From the IMG/VR virus record IMGVR_UViG_3300021956_000001: a DNA stretch of 64,000 bases. One strand, 5' to 3'. A program made the translations under genes and the position numbers. The notes beneath the pieces were generated by a model. That model worked only from the letters and a program-made list of their open reading frames with translations, ran no database searches and was not told the DNA's origin. Below are positions 57,116 through 64,000 of the stretch, piece by piece. Source of the DNA: a virus. Numbering within the stretch: the first letter of the stretch is position 1; every line of letters begins with the position of its first letter.

Positions 57116-57951
57116 TACTTGATATTATGAGTAAGTATATTATTTGCAAAATAAGTATGTGAAGGAGATAATGATAATGGATATATTGTTTTAATTTCTT
57201 TATTAAATTTAACAGAAGTTACTTCTATTTCATTTTTATTAATATCATATAAATAATCTCCAATTTGAATAGATCCTATAGTATCAAATCTCCATAAACC
57301 ATCTCTTTTATATAATTGACTATGGAAAGGAGTTGCTTCTAATAATCCATCATTTATCATAACAGTTTGATCAGCAGTTTGTTTTTCAATTTTAATAATA
57401 GGAGAATCTATTCTTGATTCTTGTAAATTATAAGTATTCCATTTATAAAGTTCTTCTACATCATTTGTATCTGTTAATGTACTTATATTAGATGACATTA
57501 ATAACTGATCAACATAAAGATTTTCTATTGGTACCTGTTGTCCATTCACAAGTGTTATTAAAGTTCCTTCTACAAAACATATAACACAAGCACTTGCTGC
57601 TGCTAAAACAGTAGTACTACTACTCCATGATCTAGCTATACTTCCATCAGAATAAAATGCAGTAGAAGCGTATGTAGTTCCTCCTGAATTAGTATAAATC
57701 TTAGTTGCTGTACTTAAATCAGATGAATTTATATAAAAATATCCTGCTGATACTCCACTACAAGCTATAGTTTTTGTACTTCCATAATATAAATATACAT
57801 AAGTTAGTGAACTGTATCCATAAAATTCAGATATAGCATCAGGAGTAGTCTTTCCAGCTGCAACACTTAATGTGTGCAATGAATAACTAGAGCTACCTAA
57901 TGCTGTATGAATTTGAGAAATCGATAAAGGTCCTGAACTTGGTAATGCCAT
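57115..57951 (-). CDS. protein with C-terminal Hint (intein/hedgehog-type autoprocessing) domain
   Basis: Block A CFVEGTLITLVNG at Cys125, block B TPFH, blocks F/G YPLSLSPSHTYFANNILTHN followed only by IK-stop. Confidence 0.7.
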   Translation of the reverse strand: MALPSSGPLSISQIHTALGSSSYSLHTLSVAAGKTTPDAISEFYGYSSLTYVYLYYGSTKTIACSGVSAGYFYINSSDLSTATKIYTNSGGTTYASTAFYSDGSIARSWSSSTTVLAAASACVICFVEGTLITLVNGQQVPIENLYVDQLLMSSNISTLTDTNDVEELYKWNTYNLQESRIDSPIIKIEKQTADQTVMINDGLLEATPFHSQLYKRDGLWRFDTIGSIQIGDYLYDINKNEIEVTSVKFNKEIKTIYPLSLSPSHTYFANNILTHNIK

Positions 57952-57957
57952 TTGTTA

Positions 57958-58323
57958 TTAGATTAGTAAAGTGGTAGTACTAGTTGTTGTTGGTGCCCAA
58001 GGAGAAGGTACTGGTTCATACTTAGGAGCTATTTGAGCTTCAATCTGTTTTGTAATACGCTCTTGCATATGTACTTTATCAGAAACAGCCTCTAACCAAG
58101 CTACAACATTTTCTGGTTGTAAGTCTGCAAAAGGAATATAGTTTTCTGTATCTGTAGGAAGAGGCATAGGAGTTGCTCCTATAAAGACACCTTCAATACC
58201 ATCTTCGTTTATACCAACATAGTTATATCTAACTCTTGTTACTACGTCTGTTAATTCTCCCAACACTGGAGCTATCTCCAGTTTCATTGTGTCATCTGTT
58301 AAGAATGTGAATGTTATTGCCAT
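57958..58323 (-). CDS. hypothetical fibre-module protein (121 aa)
   Basis: TAATG-coupled to fibre gene; ends PTTTSTTTLLI. Confidence 0.55.
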   Translation of the reverse strand: MAITFTFLTDDTMKLEIAPVLGELTDVVTRVRYNYVGINEDGIEGVFIGATPMPLPTDTENYIPFADLQPENVVAWLEAVSDKVHMQERITKQIEAQIAPKYEPVPSPWAPTTTSTTTLLI

Positions 58324-61300
58324 TATTTATTTATTAATTGGTTAACTAATTGTTTTAATTCTTCTATTTGTGTTTGTTGTTCTTTTATTGCTTCGATAAA
58401 TAATCCAGCTAAGTTACCATATGCTACTGAGTATTTATCTTTTTCATCAATTCTAACAACCTCTGGTATTACATTTAATAATTCTTGAGCTATAACTCCC
58501 ATATATATTGTGCTATCTCCATCAGGGTTAATATCATTTCTGTTAAATGTAACTCCTCTTATAGATTGTATTTTTGATACAGCGTTTTCTATAGTCTTTA
58601 TATTTTCTTTTAATCTAGCATCTGAGTATGCTATGACATCACCAGGAGAAGTAAAATCACCATTATTATTAAATTTCCATATCTTAGGTGTTGATAATGC
58701 ACCATCTCCTGTAAGTTTAATGGCACCGTATCCATTGTCACTAGCAATAGGTCTAACATATCCAAACTGTGTAGTATTAGCATATCCTGCTGTTGTTGTA
58801 CTATATCCTTGAATAAGTGGGTAAAAGTAATCAGCATTAGCTGTTAATCCTCCATTACTATTTCCAGTAAATGGAGCTACTCCTACAGACCCACCTGTAG
58901 ATATAGAATCAGCACCTGGATTTGTAGCTGTTATTCTTCCTGAATTACTTATAGAAGCAACATTTCCATTTGTTGTATTTCTAAATATCCAACCTCTATT
59001 AGCTGTTGAATCCATAGTAAAGTATGTAGCCCAATCTGCTGATACAGCTCCAAAAGTACCAAATGTTGCTGTTCCAGCAAACATTATACCATAAGTAGGT
59101 TGACCTCCCCCATAGTTAGCTCCATACAATGATAATCCATTACCTGAAGTACTAGATGAGTTATTTACTCCTATCCATGGTGCTTGCAATCTATTTGCAA
59201 CATCTACCACATTTAAGTTACTAGTAGACGCTGGATCCAAGTAATAACCAGTATTATTATAATCGTAATAAATAGTTCCATATACAGCTCCACTAAAGTT
59301 AGAATAGCTAGAATAATTTCCAGAATGCAATATAGATACCCAACTGTTCCATGAACCAGAAGTCATTCTTCTAAGTCTCCAGTCATCACTCCAAAAAGAT
59401 CCAGTCATCTGCCATCTATATCCATCTGAACCTGACCAAGAACCTCCAGCTACAGTAAGCCAATTCCACCAATCAGTACTAGGCATTCCAGTAACACTTG
59501 TTCCAAAATAAAATCCAGAAGAGTTAGAACTATCAGATGTGTTGGCATTACCACTACTCATTCCTTTAGATCTACCATTAGCATTATCTCCAAAAACTTG
59601 TCTATCTGCTGCAATTCCACCTAAACTTGCAGCATCACCTGAAGTATCTGAATAAGCAACTTCAACTGAATCTGGAGTAGCTGGACTTGCTTTAAATCTC
59701 CATCTGTTAGCAGATGAATTATAAGTTAAATATCCATAATATGGATTAGCACTACCATATGCATAAGCTGCATCTGTTGAATATAGTTTTGATGAATTTG
59801 TTGCATAAACTGCTGTTGTAGGTGTTGTACCACTAGTACCAGAAACACCACTAGATCCACTTGTTCCATTAACTCCTGAGGTTCCATTAACTCCTGAACT
59901 ACCAGATGTTCCATTCACACCACTTGTGCCTGATACACCTGATGTACCAGAAACTCCTGAAGTTCCACTTACACCACTTGTACCATTAAAGCCACTGGTT
60001 CCATTTGATCCATTAACTCCACTTGTTCCGTTCACTCCAGAAGTACCATTGATTCCTGATGTACCATTAACACCAGAAGAACCAGACGTTCCATTAATAC
60101 CACTGGTACCATTTATTCCACTTGACCCTGAAGATCCTGAAGTACCGTTTACACCACTAGTTCCATTTACTCCTGACGTACCTGCTGTACCACTTGTACC
60201 ATTCACACCAGATGTTCCTGACGTACCATTTATTCCTGAACTTCCTGAAGATCCATTTAGACCAGAAGATCCACTAGTTCCATTAATTCCACTTGTGCCA
60301 CTTGTACCATTTATTCCTGACGTTCCACTAGTCCCATCAATACCAGAAGAGCCAGATGACCCACTAGTACCAGTTGTTCCACTGGTTCCATTAACACCAC
60401 TACTTCCTGATGTCCCATCAGATCCTGTAAATCCAGAACTTCCAGATGTACCTGTTGTACCTGACGAACCAGAGGTCCCTGTAGTACCAGAAGTACCATT
60501 AGTTCCAGCTGCAGCAGCAATAGATGTTGTTACATATGAATATTCACTATCTTCTGTATACCAAGAAACAACTTTTGATGTACTCTCATAGTTACTAAAA
60601 TAAATCTTAACAATCATTCTATCTGTAGCAGCTACAGCAGTATGAGGAAATACTACATCAAGATTAGTTTCTGATATAATTCCCATACCATTCCAACTAA
60701 TAATAGAAGGAGATGATGTTATTAAAGATCCATAAGGAGTTCCTGTTGAATTAGCTAATTGTAATGTTACGTAAACTTGTATATCATCATTAGCTTGAGG
60801 TTTCATTGCATGTAAGTGAAATCTCTGTACACCTGATGGAATAATTGTAAATCCAAATTGATCACTAATAAATGATTGGACAAGGTCATCATGTTGATTA
60901 CCAGCCATTGTAAGAGTGACAGTTTGTAATCCAGTTGTTGTAGGAGTAGTAGATAATGCTTTATATGGAGAAATAGAAGAGTTTTGACTATTATTAAAAT
61001 AATAAACTCTACCACCACTCACTCCATCTACACCACTAGTACCTCCAGTTCCACTTGTTCCTGTTGTACCGCTTGTTCCACTAGAGCCACTAGTACCACT
61101 GGTTCCAGTAGTCCCAGAAGTTCCAGAGGTACCATCAGATCCATTAGACCCACTGGTTCCTGAACTCCCACTAGTTCCACTAGTTCCATCTATTGCACTT
61201 GTACCTGACGTACCACTAGTTCCCCCAGTACCATTAGTTCCCGAAGTTCCTGAGCTACCAGAGCTTCCTCCAGTTCCATCTGTGCCTGAAGATCCACTAG

Positions 61301-61664
61301 AGCCTGAAGTACCATCAATAGCTGATGTACCAGATGTTCCAGAAGTACCTCCTGTTCCATCAGTACCACTAGTACCTGAAGTGCCAGACGTACCATTAGA
61401 ACCTCTTGTACCACTGCTACCGCTAGTACCATTAACTCCAGGAACTCCTGATAAGTTAACAGTCCAATTACAGCATTCACCACTTCCTACAAATTTATCT
61501 GGAGTGATTACTAACTCTCCAGTAGAAGGATTATATGATACAACTTGACCGTTTATGTAATTACAATTGTCACAATATAACATTAAAAAGTCCCCAGGAC
61601 CATAAGCTAGTCCTGAAGAGATAGTAATTGTTAAATCGCAATATGGAGAAGATGGACAACTCAT
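58323..61664 (-). CDS. tail fibre/spike protein with two collagen-like tracts and C-terminal peptidase S74 intramolecular chaperone domain
   Basis: Long G-X-Y runs (GTSGSSGTNG...); C-terminus YSDARLKENI..IRGVTFNR..MGVIAQEL..VAYGNLAGLFIEAIKEQQ matches the endosialidase-type chaperone domain. Confidence 0.85.
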   Translation of the reverse strand: MSCPSSPYCDLTITISSGLAYGPGDFLMLYCDNCNYINGQVVSYNPSTGELVITPDKFVGSGECCNWTVNLSGVPGVNGTSGSSGTRGSNGTSGTSGTSGTDGTGGTSGTSGTSAIDGTSGSSGSSGTDGTGGSSGSSGTSGTNGTGGTSGTSGTSAIDGTSGTSGSSGTSGSNGSDGTSGTSGTTGTSGTSGSSGTSGTTGTSGTGGTSGVDGVSGGRVYYFNNSQNSSISPYKALSTTPTTTGLQTVTLTMAGNQHDDLVQSFISDQFGFTIIPSGVQRFHLHAMKPQANDDIQVYVTLQLANSTGTPYGSLITSSPSIISWNGMGIISETNLDVVFPHTAVAATDRMIVKIYFSNYESTSKVVSWYTEDSEYSYVTTSIAAAAGTNGTSGTTGTSGSSGTTGTSGSSGFTGSDGTSGSSGVNGTSGTTGTSGSSGSSGIDGTSGTSGINGTSGTSGINGTSGSSGLNGSSGSSGINGTSGTSGVNGTSGTAGTSGVNGTSGVNGTSGSSGSSGINGTSGINGTSGSSGVNGTSGINGTSGVNGTSGVNGSNGTSGFNGTSGVSGTSGVSGTSGVSGTSGVNGTSGSSGVNGTSGVNGTSGSSGVSGTSGTTPTTAVYATNSSKLYSTDAAYAYGSANPYYGYLTYNSSANRWRFKASPATPDSVEVAYSDTSGDAASLGGIAADRQVFGDNANGRSKGMSSGNANTSDSSNSSGFYFGTSVTGMPSTDWWNWLTVAGGSWSGSDGYRWQMTGSFWSDDWRLRRMTSGSWNSWVSILHSGNYSSYSNFSGAVYGTIYYDYNNTGYYLDPASTSNLNVVDVANRLQAPWIGVNNSSSTSGNGLSLYGANYGGGQPTYGIMFAGTATFGTFGAVSADWATYFTMDSTANRGWIFRNTTNGNVASISNSGRITATNPGADSISTGGSVGVAPFTGNSNGGLTANADYFYPLIQGYSTTTAGYANTTQFGYVRPIASDNGYGAIKLTGDGALSTPKIWKFNNNGDFTSPGDVIAYSDARLKENIKTIENAVSKIQSIRGVTFNRNDINPDGDSTIYMGVIAQELLNVIPEVVRIDEKDKYSVAYGNLAGLFIEAIKEQQTQIEELKQLVNQLINK
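59826..60512 (-). repeat. collagen-like G-X-Y coding tract (approximate bounds)
   Basis: About 229 codons of G-[TSVI]-[SNTG] triplets. Confidence 0.8.
61020..61448 (-). repeat. collagen-like G-X-Y coding tract (approximate bounds)
   Basis: GVPGVNGTSG...GVDGVSGG with two GTSAIDGTSG interruptions. Confidence 0.8.
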
Positions 61665-61689
61665 TATATTTTTATTTTAGTTTTATTTA

Positions 61690-63534
61690 TTAGCTACATG
61701 GAACATAAGTGTCACCTAAGAATGCTCCACAACATAAAGATGTTGATACTATTGAATATACACAAATTTCTATTGGATACTCTCCATAAGTCAATGTTAC
61801 AGATTGTTCTATATTTGAACAATCTATATAATTTACAGTTGCTGAATCTCCAGGATTTTCAGTTGGTGCAGTGAATGTCCACTTAGTGCACGATAATGGT
61901 GCTATTGTTGTACTAGTAGTTGTAGTTGTACTAGATGTACTGGATGTAGTAGTAGTTGTACATAATGATAAAGGAAGAGTTATACAACTTGTAGAGTTTC
62001 CTCTATATGAAAATGTAGCTCCTGAAGAACCACTGGTTCCTGTTGTTCCTGAACTACCTGATGTTCCAGTTGTACCACTAGTTCCGCTTGTACCTCCAGT
62101 ACCATCTGTTGCAGATGTTCCACTAGTACCTGTAGTTCCTGATGTTCCTGTGGTACCAGATGTACCGTTTGAACCATTAGATCCTGAAGTACCTGTTGTT
62201 CCCGAAGTACCATCAGAACCATTACTTCCACTTGTACCAGAGGTAGCACTAGTTCCAGAGCTTCCTGAAGTACCATTACTTCCTCGTGTACCACTTGTTC
62301 CATTGGTACCATTAGTACCGTTAAAACCTGATGTACCTGAGGTACCATTAGAGCCATGTGTTCCAGAAGAACCATTGCTTCCACTAGTTCCATTTGATCC
62401 GTTAGATCCAGAAGTTCCAGCAGAACCATTAGTCCCTGATGAGCCACTAGTTCCATGAGAACCAGTTGTACCACTAGATCCTGTAGTTCCACTAGTACCG
62501 TTGGTACCGCTAGATCCATTACTTCCTGAAGTTCCAAATGTACCGTTTATTCCACTAGTACCTGATGTTCCATTTCTACCGTTACTACCAGAGGTACCAA
62601 ATGTACCATTTAATCCTGAAGTACCACTAGATCCGTGAGACCCTGATGTTCCACTTGATCCATTACCACCATCAGCTCCAGAGGTGCCTGATGTACCATG
62701 TGTACCACTACTACCAGAAGAACCTGAAGAACCGTTTGATCCAGAGGTACCAGTAATACCTGATGTACCACTAGACCCACTATTTCCACTAGTTCCACTT
62801 GTACCATTAATAGCAGAACTACCAGAAGTACCAGCAGTCCCTGAAGAACCAGTTAATCCACTACTTCCACTTGTACCTGTAGTTCCAGAGCTACCACTTG
62901 TTCCATGTGAACCTGTTAACCCTGAGCTTCCAGAAGTCCCAGAACTTCCATCCCCACCAGAGGCACCAGCAAGATTGATTGTCCAAGAAGAATAAGTTCC
63001 TGATCCAACACAATTAACTGGGTTTATAAATGCTAATTCTCCTGTAGATGGATTATATGATGTTACTGTAGCTTCAAATGAATTATTTTGATCATGGGCT
63101 ATAATAATAGTTTGTCCTACACTATATGCTAATTCTGAATTAACAACAATTAATGCAGGATCGCACATGTCAAATGTTGAATAGGAAGGAGTTCTATATC
63201 TATCTCCATTCTCTCCTGATGTTCCTGATGTTCCAGCACTACCAGAGGTTCCACTAGTACCAGTTGTACCAGAAGTTCCTGAACTACCACTTGTAGCAGA
63301 TGTACCAGAACTACCATGAGTCCCAGAGGTTCCAGATGTTCCTGTTAAACCACTAGTACCTGACGTACCAGATGTTCCACTAACACCACAAATAGCTTGA
63401 TCAATTTTGATCAGAGCCATTTCTAAAGTGTCATTAGTATTAATTCCAGTACATATTAAATTACCTCCTTCGTAAAATACGCAGGTGGTGCTTAATATGA
63501 TAGGACAGGGAGCAGCTTCGCAAAATGGATTCAT
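61690..63534 (-). CDS. collagen-like fibre protein (614 aa) with Cys-rich termini
   Basis: Two G-X-Y tracts flanking a domain homologous to the N-terminus of 58323..61664 (SYNPSTGEL..VGSG..W[TI][VI]NL[SA]G); S/T tract near the C-terminus. Confidence 0.8.
   Translation of the reverse strand: MNPFCEAAPCPIILSTTCVFYEGGNLICTGINTNDTLEMALIKIDQAICGVSGTSGTSGTSGLTGTSGTSGTHGSSGTSATSGSSGTSGTTGTSGTSGSAGTSGTSGENGDRYRTPSYSTFDMCDPALIVVNSELAYSVGQTIIIAHDQNNSFEATVTSYNPSTGELAFINPVNCVGSGTYSSWTINLAGASGGDGSSGTSGSSGLTGSHGTSGSSGTTGTSGSSGLTGSSGTAGTSGSSAINGTSGTSGNSGSSGTSGITGTSGSNGSSGSSGSSGTHGTSGTSGADGGNGSSGTSGSHGSSGTSGLNGTFGTSGSNGRNGTSGTSGINGTFGTSGSNGSSGTNGTSGTTGSSGTTGSHGTSGSSGTNGSAGTSGSNGSNGTSGSNGSSGTHGSNGTSGTSGFNGTNGTNGTSGTRGSNGTSGSSGTSATSGTSGSNGSDGTSGTTGTSGSNGSNGTSGTTGTSGTTGTSGTSATDGTGGTSGTSGTTGTSGSSGTTGTSGSSGATFSYRGNSTSCITLPLSLCTTTTTSSTSSTTTTTSTTIAPLSCTKWTFTAPTENPGDSATVNYIDCSNIEQSVTLTYGEYPIEICVYSIVSTSLCCGAFLGDTYVPCS
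62015..62965 (-). repeat. collagen-like G-X-Y coding tract (approximate bounds)
   Basis: More than 300 codons of GTSGSSGxxG triplets. Confidence 0.8.
63200..63387 (-). repeat. collagen-like G-X-Y coding tract (approximate bounds)
   Basis: GVSGTSGTSGTSGLTG...GTSGENG. Confidence 0.8.
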
Positions 63535-63560
63535 AATCTTGTGTATTATTAAAACAAGAT

Positions 63561-63580
63561 CTGCTACAATGAAGTAGCAG
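63561..63580 (-). terminator. hairpin downstream of the 63653 gene
   Basis: CTGCTAC / GTAGCAG 7-bp stem; on the minus strand followed by ATCTTGTTTTAAT. Confidence 0.45.
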
Positions 63581-63588
63581 TCTGTTTA

Positions 63589-63596
63589 CAAATTTA
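63589..63596 (-). promoter_or_regulatory. Bacteroidota-type -7 box (minus strand TAAATTTG)
   Basis: Plus-strand CAAATTTA, ~55 nt upstream of fibre ATG 63534. Confidence 0.4.
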
Positions 63597-63652
63597 ATTC
63601 TTATATGTCTTTAAAAAAAGCGTGTGTATCAAATACTTGGTATAATATAGCT

Positions 63653-64000
63653 TTACCTCATACCATACTGTGATTGCATTTTCAATCCAAGGTCTTTTGC
63701 TAAATTAGGATAGAACATTGGTAATAATCCTGCAGCTTGACTCGATATAGGAAATGATCTCATCCAATATTTAATTACATTATTCTTATCTTCCATTTCT
63801 TGATTACCTGTTGCTATAGCATAGTTTTCTTTCATGAAATTAACAACTGCTTTTTCATAATTTTCAATTAATCCCATTGCTGGAAATATTCCTGTAGATA
63901 CTAATCCAGTTAAGCTTGTTGGATTATAGAAGTATCCAAGCTCATCTTTAAATTTATCTGTTGCTTTCAATAAAAATTTATATTGATTTTTAACAAAAGG
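63653..64000 (-). CDS. C-terminal part of a protein whose 5' end lies beyond the window
   Basis: Track 'M' at 63970 is a TTG; the frame stays open to position 64000 (..PFVKNQYKFLLKATDKF..). Confidence 0.5.
   Translation of the reverse strand, partial: PFVKNQYKFLLKATDKFKDELGYFYNPTSLTGLVSTGIFPAMGLIENYEKAVVNFMKENYAIATGNQEMEDKNNVIKYWMRSFPISSQAAGLLPMFYPNLAKDLGLKMQSQYGMR

Noticed and set aside
57115-57951. Canonical protein-splicing intein
   Set aside because: There is no C-extein (only Ile-Lys after the terminal His-Asn), no +1 nucleophile and no homing endonuclease insert. The domain is interpreted instead as a BIL/hedgehog-type autoprocessing domain.
59926-60591. Long plus-strand ORFs rich in Pro/Val/Glu/Leu opposite or out of frame with the fibre genes. 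This also covers 61282..61548, 61871..62458, 62684..62995 and the minus-strand alternate frames 60311..60520, 61190..61483, 61980..62537 and 62610..62807.
   Set aside because: They are by-products of the strict 3-nt (G-X-Y) periodicity, which keeps all frames open. Only the Gly-X-Y frame connects to recognisable N- and C-terminal domains (S74 chaperone).
59800-63400. Possible CRISPR array or non-coding tandem repeat
   Set aside because: The repeats are in-frame 9-nt coding periodicity with no repeat-spacer architecture. No cas genes are present.
1-64000. Lysogeny module, terminase, portal or capsid genes
   Set aside because: I searched for integrase (R..HxxR..Y), terminase Walker motifs and portal-sized ORFs and found none. 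They presumably lie outside this window.

Overview
AT-rich (about one-third G+C by eye), very gene-dense window that reads as a contiguous piece of a large dsDNA phage genome. No integrase, repressor, terminase, portal or major capsid gene is recognisable here. Several signals suggest a Bacteroidota (Flavobacteriia-type) host, which is an inference. Genes lack Shine-Dalgarno sequences. TAnnTTTG -7 promoter boxes sit 20-80 nt upstream of operon starts. One protein has a T9SS-type C-terminal sorting domain, and the tmRNA tag starts with Gly.

Layout:
(i) 1-40.8 kb, plus strand. Dozens of small early ORFs, many of them membrane proteins or paralogues. A CobS/CobT-like AAA+/vWA pair. A ~1.4 kb non-coding RNA island holding a full-length tmRNA. 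A six-copy tandem gene family. A replication/recombination module: family B DNA polymerase, DnaB-like helicase, SF2 helicase, Sak4-like ATPase, SSB, DnaG-like primase, a UDG-like protein lacking its catalytic Asp, PD-(D/E)XK nuclease, RecA and two HNH nucleases. An Hsp90-like GHKL ATPase with a DnaJ-zinc-finger partner. A nucleotide-metabolism block: dNMP kinase, HAD, ThyX, MazG, thioredoxin, followed by GroES-like and GT2 genes.
(ii) 40.8-64 kb, minus strand, late genes. An FkbM methyltransferase translationally coupled to a chain of Lys-rich proteins. A Dps-like protein. Ser/Thr-tract proteins beside a putative glycosyltransferase. A LamG receptor-binding-like protein. An 11-gene cassette of exported, lipoprotein or membrane proteins wrapped around a GH19 endolysin. 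Two collagen-like fibre proteins, one with an S74 chaperone domain. A Hint-domain protein and a minimal SET-domain protein.
(iii) One plus-strand island at 54.4-56.5 kb encodes a two-domain GT4-GT9 glycosyltransferase.

All functional calls rest on motifs read from the supplied translations. No database search was run.
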